Source of the DNA: Methanobacteriota archaeon
Lineage (GTDB): Archaea > Halobacteriota > Bog-38 > Methanoflorentales > Methanoflorentaceae
DNA: 64,000 nt
Direction: 5' to 3'
NCBI GenBank assembly: GCA_963720465.1
Contig: OY970393.1
Coordinates: 2,240,001 to 2,304,000, forward strand
Shown here: positions 40,914-51,138 of the stretch, one piece after another
Layout of the letters: each line of letters opens with the position of its first letter
Numbering within the stretch: the first letter of the stretch is position 1
Position numbers and translations under genes: made by a program
Notes under the pieces: generated by a model
Seen by the model: the letters and a program-made list of their open reading frames with translations, nothing else
What the model was told of the DNA's origin: nothing
Database searches by the model: none

Positions 40914-41784
40914 TTATAGTACGCCGGCTTTGACTGCTTTTGCGAACAGGTAATTAACAAAAGCGGAGCACGAGACTAACATGAACTGTGCATCTTCTAG
41001 GTCTAAGTTCGGTTCATCGAGCAATGCATGGCGAATGCCGTTTGCGTCACTGGTATATCCATACAAACTGCTAAACGCGTGACTTAAAGCGCCGTGCAAT
41101 TTTATCTTGCCGGCCCGGTCTATCATCTTCAATGCGTCCCCTAACGTCGCTTTTTTAGTTCCTGTTATTCTTTGACAGATTGATTCGACAGCACTTATCG
41201 ACTCTTTGACTGAATTTCGATAGATGGGGTTCTTCCGATCTGATAACAGTATCAAAGCATCTCTTATGTGTATATAAGCCCCTCTTAACGCCGGATGACT
41301 GGAAGTTATGTTTAAAGCTTCTTCTATAGCGGCGCGTTCTTCAGCAGATGTGATCGGCGTTATGATGCCTGAGATGAAGCGATAGGCCGATCGTTCTTCC
41401 TCTAGGATTTTGTTAGATTCTTCTGTAAAACTAGAGTTAATGTCAGAATTTGGGTAGTGGTTAGCGAGGTATTCTATGAAATCGTAAACCTCGTACCATT
41501 CGCATTTAAAAAATTCGCTTCTTATCTGCAAGCAAAACACGGGCCAAACATCAAGGAGGAAGTTCCACGGTTGCTTGAAATATTCGTCCTGCAAACGTCG
41601 TGAAAATTTGTTTGTGGATTCTCGATTGCTCTGTTGAGCGGCATCTTGCCAGTAATACCTGTCTAGGGCATTCCAAATGCGATTTCTCAAAGCATCATCA
41701 ACGCTGTTGAGCTGGATCGCCGTCTTTCTTGGCAGGAGGCCCTCTCTCTGAGAGAACGGGAGTTTAGGATCTTGATCGCCCATT
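40914..41784 (-). CDS. AbiJ N-terminal domain 4 protein with a C-terminal HEPN-like domain (putative abortive infection)
   Basis: FSQREG...DALRNRIWN, WYEVYDFIE, NSVKESISAVE and LYGYTSDANGIRH motifs. Confidence 0.82.
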
Positions 41785-42239
41785 TTGCCCTCAAAGAGCA
41801 ATTCGATTTCAACCGCTGACGCCCACGACAAGCACCGAGAGGGTGCCTAGCACCAACACCATTTTTAACCTAACCTTTCTCACTTGTCCACCCCTTAATC
41901 GAAGAGGTAAAAGGGCGGCGTGATAGCTTAAGTGTTGTCTTTTTAGCTGCGCACGTCTCTCCACAAACGCTTATGCGCGGCCGGTAGAAAAAAGAAGAAA
42001 AGTGCTGGTCTAAATTTATCGGTCCGGCTGTGGTATCTCATCTAATCTAACGCAGTCAAACCGGTTATGCGTCGCATCTTAGCGTAGCTATCCGCGATAG
42101 TGGCCTCTAGCTGCAGGTGCATCGTGCCCGCCAACGCAGTGATACTCTTCGCCACACGCATTTAGCGGGTCGACGTGGCTGATGGCATTATTGCAGATGG
42201 TCTAACAGGTGATGCTCTGACCCCGTCGGTCGGTCATAC

Positions 42240-42872
42240 CTACGACTGTGTTACCGTAGTCATGATGAAAAATTGGTCATACTGTATGTATTCGTTGTCA
42301 ACGCCAGCAGACTCGCCAGTCCCCTTGAGGTAAGCATCATTAACTGTGGTTGGAGCGTGTCCTAGCGCTACGGTCGCCGCTTGTTGTCCGAAGTGCGTAT
42401 TGCTTCCCGTATCTGGCACATCCCCAGAAACACCTGTCGATAATGACTTAAATAAGCTGCTTGCGGCGTCTGTGCTTCCTTCGTTTCGTATCTCTGCCGT
42501 TGTAGTACGTCCGTTTGATTCGAAAGTAACGTAAACGGCGTCAAAGCTAATGTCGTCTTTCGCCCTCTGTGTAACCGCGTCGCTTCCATATTCGGTTTTA
42601 AGCGTCGGCACCAACTTAGCGAGCAATGGGTCAAAACTAGCCGAAGTCGTTGGTGTAGCCGTAGCCGTCGGTGTAGCTGTCGGAGCTGCTGTCGGTGTAG
42701 TCGTCGGTGTAGCCGTCGGTACGCTGCTGGCTGACGGGCTTGGGCTGGTGGTAGCAGGCGACGTGCAACCACTAATTGATACGAGAACGAGAGAGCCGAT
42801 AAAAAGCAACGGCAATGCATATTTGAGCGGCGTTCTGATATACCGCTTCATCATCCTAGTTATTGCATTCAC
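42240..42872 (-). CDS. Predicted lipoprotein with Pro/Thr linker
   Basis: Lipobox ISGC followed by a PT-rich linker; paralogue of 43907-44500. Confidence 0.78.
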   Translation of the reverse strand: MNAITRMMKRYIRTPLKYALPLLFIGSLVLVSISGCTSPATTSPSPSASSVPTATPTTTPTAAPTATPTATATPTTSASFDPLLAKLVPTLKTEYGSDAVTQRAKDDISFDAVYVTFESNGRTTTAEIRNEGSTDAASSLFKSLSTGVSGDVPDTGSNTHFGQQAATVALGHAPTTVNDAYLKGTGESAGVDNEYIQYDQFFIMTTVTQS

Positions 42873-43149
42873 ACTTCATCCCCCTTATAAGTAAAAACAA
42901 CTATGTTAGACGGGGTCAACGAAGCTTAAGAATTGCTATCTGTGATCGCAGAGCGCAGTTAGCGGCACATATCTAATCCTAATGACTTCTTATGTGTGCC
43001 CTCTGTAAGCGGCGCTATGCTCGCGAACTCATTTTTTTCGCCATCACGCTAAGAGAGGAGCCGCAGTTAAATAGCAACACTTAAGCTGTCAGCATCGGCT
43101 TGGGCACGTAGTTTATTTTTTGGCTGAACGATAGAAAAAGGCGAACTGT

Positions 43150-43812
43150 ATGATAAAAAAAGTGTTAATGGTTTGCATCGTTCTTACGCTCGTGACCGTT
43201 CTGGTGGGCGTGGCTGGCAGCATCCAAACACAAACCCCCAGTAACCCATCGACGGCCGCGCATGCGACGACCGTTCTATCTTACGCACAACCTACGAACG
43301 TGCTATCGTACGCGCTACCGACAGCGCCACCCGCGAACATCCAGTCGTATACCGGCCCGTTCGTGGGAAGCATTAATTCGAACGTCTACCACTATCCGTG
43401 GTGTTACGAAGCCGCGAAAATTAAGCCGGCGAACCTCGTTGTCTTCCCCACAGTGGCGGCCGCCTGTGCCGCAGGTTACCGACCGTGCAAGGTCTGCGAT
43501 CCGCCAGCGTGCGGTGCGCCTGCGCCAACGGCCACGCCAACGGCTACTCCAACGGCCACGCCAACGGCTACTCCAACGGCCACGCCAACGGCTACTCCAA
43601 CGGCCACGCCAACGGCTACTCCAACGGCTACAGCCAAAGTGGCGAGCCCTACTGCCAAGCCAGCACCTATAGCGAGCACTGCTGCTGCGAACGTCGCTCA
43701 AGCCAGCGCAGCTGCGGGCAGCAGTAGCTCGACTCCCGGTTTTGAAGGGTTGTACGCAGTTGGTGCTCTTGCTGCCGTGTTTCTGGCATTACGGATCGCC
43801 CGCCATCGCTGA
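43150..43812 (+). CDS. PGF-CTERM surface protein with Ada-type metal-binding domain and PT repeats
   Basis: Signal peptide; GSINSNVYHYPWC...GYRPCKVCDP; (PTAT)n; TPGF followed by a TM helix and basic tail. Confidence 0.88.
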   Translation: MIKKVLMVCIVLTLVTVLVGVAGSIQTQTPSNPSTAAHATTVLSYAQPTNVLSYALPTAPPANIQSYTGPFVGSINSNVYHYPWCYEAAKIKPANLVVFPTVAAACAAGYRPCKVCDPPACGAPAPTATPTATPTATPTATPTATPTATPTATPTATPTATAKVASPTAKPAPIASTAAANVAQASAAAGSSSSTPGFEGLYAVGALAAVFLALRIARHR

Positions 43813-43906
43813 GGTTTGAAAGAGAAAAACAAGACGGCTCACAGAGTGACCAGAGCCGTCCGCTTCTTTTTATTATTATACCCTCTCACGCAGAGCGCGA
43901 GAAATC

Positions 43907-44500
43907 CTAAGACGATGATGGAGATGTGGTAATGTAAACAAAGATTTGATCGTCCTGTATGTACTCGTTATCGAAACCTGCCCAGTCTCCTGTTCCTTTA
44001 AAATATGCATCATTAACTGTGCTTGGCGTGTGTCCTAGCGCAACAGTAGCCGCATCTGAGCCGATATGCGACTCAAGTGAGGGAGTTAATACCGTGCTGT
44101 TATTAGGCCCTGATGATGGGTCTGCTTGTGTAGCGAAATCTGCGCTCGCTTTGGCGATGCTACCGTCGTTAGTAAACCATACATTCGTAACTATAGAGCT
44201 GTTTGCTTTGGGGGTCATATAAATCTCATTAGCCCCACCAGAAGCATTCATTCGACCTATTAACCAAGTACTCCCATATTCTGAGTTAAGTGCCGTCTGC
44301 AACTTAACAAGTAGAGGGTCAAAACTACTCGTCGTAGTCGTCACGCTAGGCGTTGCGCTAGGTGTCGCCGTCGGATTGCTCGTTGATGATGTGCAACCGC
44401 TAATTGATACAAGAGCGAGAGAGCCGATAAAAAGCAGCGGCAACGCATATTTGAGCGGCGTTTTGATATACCGCTTCATCATCCTAACTATTGGATTCAT
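43907..44500 (-). CDS. Predicted lipoprotein (paralogue of 42240-42872)
   Basis: ISGC lipobox; shared FDPLL and ATVALGH.P.TVNDAY.KGTG...DNEYIQ.DQ segments. Confidence 0.78.
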   Translation of the reverse strand: MNPIVRMMKRYIKTPLKYALPLLFIGSLALVSISGCTSSTSNPTATPSATPSVTTTTSSFDPLLVKLQTALNSEYGSTWLIGRMNASGGANEIYMTPKANSSIVTNVWFTNDGSIAKASADFATQADPSSGPNNSTVLTPSLESHIGSDAATVALGHTPSTVNDAYFKGTGDWAGFDNEYIQDDQIFVYITTSPSSS

Positions 44501-44795
44501 TGATTCATCCCCCTTATAAGTAAAAACAAATACGTGAGACGGGGTCAATGAAGCTTAAGCGTTGTCGTTTGGCTGCGGTTAGTTTCTCCCCGCACGGATA
44601 GCCCTCTTTACACTGGAGTTCATGAGATGCAAGCGTGATGATCAACGATTGCGTCGAGGTCGACGAACTCATCCTTGAAATCGCCGACTACAAAAACGAC
44701 CTTGCCGACGTGGCCGCCGGGCACTGCTTAAAAGTCACACGTTCACGGCGATAGCAACCGCCGTTTTTAAAAATTTGAAAAAAAAGAGATGCAGG

Positions 44796-45116
44796 TCACT
44801 TGTCCTGCATCGCTGCAGCTGCCTTCTTGACTACATTTATCGACTGGTCTGCGTCGAGCACAGGGAACACCTCATACGAAACCGTCGTATACTTGAGCAT
44901 GGTAGCGCAAAGGTCCTCCTCGCTCGCCTCGGTAATCGCGTATCCTTCCCTTCCATTGCTAAACTGTCCCCACTCAGTAAACCTTCCTGCGCTCAAATCG
45001 GCCTTTACCGCTTCGAGCATCGCTTCGAGCATCGGCAACATGATCTTCTCGAACTCTTCAGGCGTGAGGGGCGTCTTTGGGGAGTCAGCCCACCACTTCA
45101 TAAATAATTTGGTCAT
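44796..45116 (-). CDS. Small DUF3303/GYD-like ferredoxin-fold protein
   Basis: GGAGGTG RBS then ATG at 45116; pattern shared with its two neighbours. Confidence 0.6.
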   Translation of the reverse strand: MTKLFMKWWADSPKTPLTPEEFEKIMLPMLEAMLEAVKADLSAGRFTEWGQFSNGREGYAITEASEEDLCATMLKYTTVSYEVFPVLDADQSINVVKKAAAAMQDK

Positions 45117-45311
45117 ATCTTTCACCTCCTTTCGCTTTGGCGGCGGTGGTAGTGACCGCCGTTTTTTTCTAAAACACGTAAAAAGGCACTCTAAGGAAAT
45201 AAATGTTGTTGTTACAGGCGCTTGTCACGGCGATATGCAAACGTGCCGTTTTAGCTTAGAGGCGTAAAAAAAGAAAAAGGAAGCGTGAACGCTTCCTAGG
45301 TTCACCTAGAC

Positions 45312-45644
45312 CTACCGTTTCATCGCTGCCATCTGCTCTGCTTGGGCTTTGAGAACCTGCCGTGCGATTGCCTTTCCTGTCTCGTAGTCTATGATTTCGT
45401 GCACCTCGTGCTCAACCCATGGGTAGTCCGCGAACGCTGCCATGAACAAGTCTTTGGCTTCGCCGCTGGCAATTACGTATCCTGAGGGTGTGTTTGGAAA
45501 ATAGCCAAACTCAAGTATGATGCCACTCTTTAGCCCTTCGTCAATCCCTGCGAACATCATCTCAAGCACCTGCGTAGCGGCAGCAGGGTCCAGCGGCCAC
45601 GGCGCGCTCGGGTTGGCACGCCAAATGGTTAGATACTTCGCCAT
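45312..45644 (-). CDS. Small DUF3303/GYD-like protein
   Basis: GGAGGTG RBS; KYLTIW...LKSG.I.EFG.F....SGY.I pattern. Confidence 0.6.
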   Translation of the reverse strand: MAKYLTIWRANPSAPWPLDPAAATQVLEMMFAGIDEGLKSGIILEFGYFPNTPSGYVIASGEAKDLFMAAFADYPWVEHEVHEIIDYETGKAIARQVLKAQAEQMAAMKR

Positions 45645-45725
45645 TTCTTTCACCTCCTTTGACGTAGACGGCTGACAGTCAGCGCCGCCTTTCGGTTCAT
45701 TCCGCTATGAGAAAGATACAAGCCA

Positions 45726-46040
45726 TTAGGCCTGCATCAGCATCTGTGCCACTTCTTCCCTTGTTACGCAAGGCCACAAGTCCCAATCGTACATATCGAG
45801 CACTTTCTTCATCGGCGGTTCCATACAGTATGCCATTAACGCCTCAAAATTTGGAGCATCGTACACGTTAACTTGAAAGTGCTTGGGATGCACAGTCCAC
45901 GAACCCACTATTTTGATTCCGTGCTTCTTTGCGAGGTCTTCCATCTGGGGCATGCCTTCGAGCACCGCTTTCCTGTAGTACTCGTTGTGCGCGGCACATT
46001 CTGCTGCACCGTGTCTAATAATCGACAAAAATAACGCCAT
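45726..46040 (-). CDS. Small DUF3303/GYD-like protein
   Basis: GGAGGTG RBS; HxxxxC...KHGIKIVGSW...H....VYDA pattern. Confidence 0.6.
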   Translation of the reverse strand: MALFLSIIRHGAAECAAHNEYYRKAVLEGMPQMEDLAKKHGIKIVGSWTVHPKHFQVNVYDAPNFEALMAYCMEPPMKKVLDMYDWDLWPCVTREEVAQMLMQA

Positions 46041-46610
46041 TTCTTTCACCTCCCTTCACGTAGCGCGGCAGTTGTTAGCCACCGCTCGAAACAAGTAAAA
46101 AGGTGCTCCAAAGGAATAAGTGTTGTTGTTACAGACGCTTGTCACGGCGTGGCAGCACCAAAGATAACAGTTACTTTCATGGTTCGCGTCGATTAGGCAC
46201 TCAGCGCATCGCTCACCGATTCAGCAACTTCAAATTCAGCACTTGTTTTTGAGTTGGTTCACCGGAGATTAAGCAGTGCCAACGAGTAGAAGCGTACGAC
46301 GGATAAAAAGCGGGTTCTTGTAGGGCTTGTGCAACAATTCTGCCGCTTCCTGTTGGCCTGATTTAATTAAATTCTTTTACAGGCTGCGATGACGTAAACG
46401 CGAGCATATTAAGGCCTGCTGTATATACTTCATCTACCGCGATTTGGCGTCTGTCAACTGCACACTGCACGTACGCCTTCTAAACACTTCGTCGAAGGCT
46501 TCACAGCGTTGTTTCCATTTGTGCGTCGACGACCAATTTTCCAAAATTTGCTGGTAACCCGTGCTTTTACCTAGTTTTTTATGATGTATCACCGACAGGT
46601 CGCCGACAGG

Positions 46611-46874
46611 TTACCACTTAGCTATTCCTTCCAGCAGGATACGCTCTGTACGCTCTTCCAGATTCAGGGCAAAAATGTGGTCAGAAAAAGCTTGTGCCCG
46701 TGCTACCCAATGGTAAGTCGCACTATACCGCTCTAGCTGCCGCAAGGAAAGATGCATAACATGGGTTTGTCGGAGCTTCTGAAGTGATCGGTAGGGGCCC
46801 ATGTCTCGATAGAGACAAAAGAGTTCATACGCCTTTATGCGTTCATTGGGGAGACGATCCCATGGTTCGGTCAT
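46611..46874 (-). CDS. Small HTH protein resembling viral terminase small subunit-like proteins
   Basis: PWDRLPNE..KAYELFCLYRDMGP.RSL.K...W..RA.A pattern typical of phage TerS-like ORFs. Confidence 0.6.
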   Translation of the reverse strand: MTEPWDRLPNERIKAYELFCLYRDMGPYRSLQKLRQTHVMHLSLRQLERYSATYHWVARAQAFSDHIFALNLEERTERILLEGIAKW

Positions 46875-46892
46875 TCAAACTATTCCTAAGTC

Positions 46893-47147
46893 TCACGGGG
46901 GGCAGCAAATAATCGATCTTCTGACGCGGAGAATCTTAATATACCGTAGCCCTGCCAGTCTGCGAACCCTGTAATAGAGTTCCTGATAGGGAGTGGTATG
47001 GAACTCTTTGTTGAGATCGGCAAGTGACACGCACTCTATATTATGACCCATAGAAAGCCCCGGAGTGAAACGGGATCTCCAGCAAATCCGAGTTATGAGT
47101 TCCTCATCGAGTTCATTGATTTTGTTTTTGTTATTCACCTTCATCAC
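46893..47147 (-). CDS. Small winged-helix-like hypothetical protein
   Basis: 84 aa ORF overlapping the primase stop; LYYRVRRLAGLRYIK. Confidence 0.45.
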   Translation of the reverse strand: MMKVNNKNKINELDEELITRICWRSRFTPGLSMGHNIECVSLADLNKEFHTTPYQELYYRVRRLAGLRYIKILRVRRSIICCPP

Positions 47148-49155
47148 CTTCTAACAAGAGCGGCTTTCCACCGGTTAGGTTCAAAAAGATTGAAGCTGTC
47201 GGGGATAGGCCGTTCACGATCTCGCTGAAGCGTCGCGCGAGGGTAATTCGCAACTTTCTGTCAGCGCCCCGTATGTTGTGCCTATCACAATACTCAGCAA
47301 CTGTGACATTACAAAGTAGTTCTGACGCCATAGATCCCTTCAAATCGCTATCAGCCAATCGCACAAGCTTTTCGCACACGAAGCCTTCGAAATCAGCCTG
47401 CTGGATGATCGGTGCCGGATCTGGCTCAATTTGCTCACCGCTAAGAGGGTCTGGAGGTACGCCTAAATCCCGCAGACGTGCAGTTTGCAGTGCGGCTGAC
47501 AGAGATGACGGATCTGACAGTGTTTTGCGTAAACTCGTATATGCACTCAGATTTTCCACATGGGTTTTACTCAAATTGCCCTCAAATCCGTCAGGTCTAT
47601 CAGGCCTGACGATCTGCTCCATGTAAGGGTCTATCTCGTACTCTATTTCCTCCCAAGTGTCTGGGATGGTCAGACCTTCATAAACGCTGCCGCTCTCGGT
47701 ATGCTTGCTAACGAAGCCTAGTTTTTTCATAGTTCGGCCGAAGTTCGCAACGCTCAACATTTCCGCTTGTATCGTGCGCTGGAACTCTCGTGGCATCGTC
47801 TCAGCAATGCTTTTGAACCGCTTATGCAGTTCGCTCGCACCGATCTTGGCGCCATCTTTCTTCTCGCAGTGCCCGTCTATGAACCACGTGAGCGGGTTCA
47901 TCGTGCGCTGATATTCCTTTGTGGCTGCATTAACTTCGGCAGGCCGCTGCAGACCGTGCTCACGCCACTCAAACGCACCGTCGACGATCCACGCGAATAT
48001 AGCCTCTCTTTCCTCTGCGTCGGTCATCAGCTTTTCAAGCACGCTCTTGTCTACCTTTTCAAGCGGCCGGTTGAATACGATCACGTTAAGCCTGTTGAAA
48101 TTAGCCTGATCCTCAAAGTCGATCTTAGCCATGAAGTTCGATTCAAACCAAAACGTCGCCTTTACAGTCACGTCGTGCATATAGCGATCATACAAATTCC
48201 TGACGTGTTGTGGGTTTGCCGACGTGAGGCTCTTAATGAGAGCATCATCTATTACGAACCCTTTGGGCAGCTCGGAACACTGCGCGGCTCGTAATCCTTC
48301 CATATCGATAATATCTGGGCGTGCTGAACTCGCCCGTGCGCCTTTCTTCATAAACGTCGAGTAGTGGAACGCGTGGGCATAATCACCTAACACGCTGAAC
48401 GCGGGGTCGAGCACAGAGCTCTTGCGCCCATCAGGTATCCCGTACAAGAAAAGGAACGCCTTCTCCTCCATCGTAAAGATACAGGAATAGCCGAATGCAT
48501 CTTGCAAGAAAAATACGACGTCTGCCGGGAGGGCACCGAACAACGTGTCATACCATAATTGGCCCTTCGCATCGGAGTTGTAACGAACTGGGCAGACCTT
48601 CGTAATAAGGTCTTCGCGCCTGTGTTCGCGCACAGGCTTGTCGCGGGGGCAATTCTTAAAGTCTATCGTGCCGCTCAGGCAGTTCAGCAGATTCGGATCG
48701 CCGTTGAGCTCACGTGGCTCTACGACGATCCGATCGTCAGATTCAGCCAACGCGATCATGGCAGCAATGCGGTATTCGCTCTCCGACTTAAAGGCCCAGT
48801 TTTCAATCTCCTTTTGCTTTGCCTTCTGCTCTTTCGTGTCGGCCTTGTCAACAAACGCTGCCTCGGCGTGAATGAGCTTGACCCGTTGCTTTGCGATCTC
48901 TTTGATCCGATTGGTAGTGTCTACAACCCACTGAACGCCGTTCCAAATATACCAAGTGTTTTGAGTCGGGCAATAGCGGATATTCGCACCACAGTCTGCT
49001 ACGAGCCTCAAGGCGTTGCCTAGGTCGGTTAAGTGAAAGTCACATGTGACCCTTAGGTTTTGCTGCTTACCTTCAACAGGATCAACAATGGGCAAGAACA
49101 TCTCTCGCCCGGTGTCTGAGTACCCAGCTTCTGCGCTCACTGCGGATGCCTCCAC
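47131..49155 (-). CDS. P4/D5-family primase-helicase (SF3) replication protein
   Basis: TDLGNA, WY.WNG..W, LLNC.SGTID and LITK motifs; Walker A variant GIPDGRKS; SE and ESN motifs; C-terminal winged helix. Confidence 0.9.
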   Translation of the reverse strand: MEASAVSAEAGYSDTGREMFLPIVDPVEGKQQNLRVTCDFHLTDLGNALRLVADCGANIRYCPTQNTWYIWNGVQWVVDTTNRIKEIAKQRVKLIHAEAAFVDKADTKEQKAKQKEIENWAFKSESEYRIAAMIALAESDDRIVVEPRELNGDPNLLNCLSGTIDFKNCPRDKPVREHRREDLITKVCPVRYNSDAKGQLWYDTLFGALPADVVFFLQDAFGYSCIFTMEEKAFLFLYGIPDGRKSSVLDPAFSVLGDYAHAFHYSTFMKKGARASSARPDIIDMEGLRAAQCSELPKGFVIDDALIKSLTSANPQHVRNLYDRYMHDVTVKATFWFESNFMAKIDFEDQANFNRLNVIVFNRPLEKVDKSVLEKLMTDAEEREAIFAWIVDGAFEWREHGLQRPAEVNAATKEYQRTMNPLTWFIDGHCEKKDGAKIGASELHKRFKSIAETMPREFQRTIQAEMLSVANFGRTMKKLGFVSKHTESGSVYEGLTIPDTWEEIEYEIDPYMEQIVRPDRPDGFEGNLSKTHVENLSAYTSLRKTLSDPSSLSAALQTARLRDLGVPPDPLSGEQIEPDPAPIIQQADFEGFVCEKLVRLADSDLKGSMASELLCNVTVAEYCDRHNIRGADRKLRITLARRFSEIVNGLSPTASIFLNLTGGKPLLLEGDEGE

Positions 49156-49784
49156 GTGTCATCTATGAAAAGGTCAAACGCCGGTTCTTCGCTAACTTCC
49201 GCGCCTTGCATGCCGCGGGCGATCACGTCATATTCACGCGCGTTGCCTCGCACATAGGATTGGATCTGTTTTAACAAGTAACGAAGCAACGACTTGGGCA
49301 CAGACTCAGGATAACAGTCATCTTCCCATTCGGTGTTGTGGCCCCATTGATAGCAGATCGTGGCTTTTTGAAACAGTTCGTTGAAGTCGATATGCCAAGA
49401 CACGACTATGTCTGCTATTTTTGTTGAGCCGTGCCGAATGAAATGGCGATAGTCATAAATTAGCTCCTGAATATCGTCATTAAGGTTGTCGTCTATCTCT
49501 TCGCAAGTTCTCACGGCCGTGGTGGCTCTTTCAAGTTCAACACTGCCGTCTTTTTGCCGTTGCCGTCGCTCGGCGGCCCGCTTCAAAATGAAATCCCTAA
49601 AATCTGGGTTGGTTTGCTCGAATGCGATTATGTTTGTAAATTTCTTGCCATTTTCAGAGTACCACAAGGTGCCCTCATTCCGACGTACAAACGCCCACTC
49701 GTAGACTACGCTGTTCAGTTCAATGCGACCGCCTAGAGGCGCGTAGCTGAGTACGTCTTCAACAGCTTGATACAACCTAGCCAC
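49137..49784 (-). CDS. Hypothetical protein in the replication operon
   Basis: 215 aa ORF overlapping the primase start. Confidence 0.55.
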   Translation of the reverse strand: MARLYQAVEDVLSYAPLGGRIELNSVVYEWAFVRRNEGTLWYSENGKKFTNIIAFEQTNPDFRDFILKRAAERRQRQKDGSVELERATTAVRTCEEIDDNLNDDIQELIYDYRHFIRHGSTKIADIVVSWHIDFNELFQKATICYQWGHNTEWEDDCYPESVPKSLLRYLLKQIQSYVRGNAREYDVIARGMQGAEVSEEPAFDLFIDDTWRHPQ

Positions 49785-49874
49785 GGGCGCTCCTGATATT
49801 AAGTCGGATGTTATGCTGGCGCCAGAGCCAATTACTGCATATTCGTGGAACCAAGTGGTGCGGGCACTTATCCA

Positions 49875-50783
49875 TCACAAAAGCCCCTGTGCATCAAGCC
49901 AACACTTTAGCATTTCTTCGGCGTAGTCGGCAAGACGTATGCCGTATGCGTTAAGCCGTTTGATTAGGTTAGGGTCGGTCACTTTATGCCCGTCGATAAC
50001 AACATGATCGATTTCGGGGCCCCAATCATCTTCTTCGTCGGAATCTTCTTTCGGTTCTTTTTCTACGCGCGATGGGTCACGTATTGCACCAAGCTCCTCA
50101 ATGAGCTCTTCTTTCGATAGGTCTTTATTGAGGAGTGCCACACCTTCGCGTTCTGGCAAGGCCCCTTTCTCTCCGGGCTTTAAACCTACGTCAACTTTGG
50201 CAAATTCATTTGCAAGCTCGACCTCTTCCTCCGGCGTCTTTGCCTTTTTTCGTATTTTTTCGGCTACTTTCTTTGCAACCGCTCCTGCCTCGACCAGTTC
50301 CCGAGTCTCAGGTTGCAAGCGCAACGGCTCTAGCCAACGATCGACTGTAGTATCAGTCACCCCTAGGCGTTTGGCTAGTTCGCGTTCCGTATATGTTGTT
50401 TCGCCGTGCCCCGCGCGCGGGGTAGCATAATCCTTTAACAACTCGTTTTGGCCTAACAATTGAGCTATAGCGATTGCTTTATCTAAGGGTGCTAGGTTGT
50501 GGCGGGCGATGTTCTCAGAAAGAGAGGCGACTATCGCCTCGGTATCAGTCATCTGCCGCACTTCGCAAGGGAGCGTCTCCGCGCCTGCCTTTTTTCCAGC
50601 GTTAAATCTCGACTGCCCTATAACAACCTCAAATTTCCCGTTTACACGTCGCACTGTGAGAGGTTGTATTACGCCGAGCGACTTTATGTTCTCATCGAAC
50701 GCCTTGTGAACAATATTCGTTTTTCTTACGTTGAAGTCGCTAACCTTCAATAGTGAAACCGGAATTTCTACTAAATTACTCAT
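49875..50783 (-). CDS. ParB/Srx-domain protein with HTH
   Basis: NVRK, GVIQPLTVR, IGQSRF and ENIARHNL motifs; TERELAKRLGV HTH. Confidence 0.9.
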   Translation of the reverse strand: MSNLVEIPVSLLKVSDFNVRKTNIVHKAFDENIKSLGVIQPLTVRRVNGKFEVVIGQSRFNAGKKAGAETLPCEVRQMTDTEAIVASLSENIARHNLAPLDKAIAIAQLLGQNELLKDYATPRAGHGETTYTERELAKRLGVTDTTVDRWLEPLRLQPETRELVEAGAVAKKVAEKIRKKAKTPEEEVELANEFAKVDVGLKPGEKGALPEREGVALLNKDLSKEELIEELGAIRDPSRVEKEPKEDSDEEDDWGPEIDHVVIDGHKVTDPNLIKRLNAYGIRLADYAEEMLKCWLDAQGLL

Positions 50784-50815
50784 TGCTCATCACCATTCTC
50801 TCAAACTCGTCTTTT

Positions 50816-51016
50816 TCATTTTTTTTGCAGGAACCACCAGACACGGTGATTTCTCAATTTCTCTTGCCCCACGATTCCTTTCGCCATGAGCTGGAAGAGC
50901 CGATAACGAATGGATGGAATAGTGAGCCCCACCAACGCGGCGAGTTCCCCAGCGCTCGCATGACCGTGCGCGCCAAGGTAAGCTACAAGCTTCCTGTTTG
51001 TCTGATCCATTTTTTT
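50816..51016 (-). CDS. Small winged-helix regulator/excisionase-like protein
   Basis: SAGELAALVGLTIPSIRYRLFQL..KGIV HTH; start approximate. Confidence 0.6.
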   Translation of the reverse strand, partial: KKMDQTNRKLVAYLGAHGHASAGELAALVGLTIPSIRYRLFQLMAKGIVGQEKLRNHRVWWFLQKK

Positions 51017-51138
51017 TCTTCTGGGGCGACTGCCGCTGATAAAGATCTTCTTTAGGGGCAGCCCCCATGACAAAATATATGATATGTGTTATATCCCCTT
51101 AATCGCTTAGTTATCAAAAAATAAAGGCACTTTCTAAT

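Noticed and set aside
43524-43635. 12/24-bp tandem repeat
   Set aside because: Ordinary (PTAT)n linker of a PGF-CTERM surface protein.
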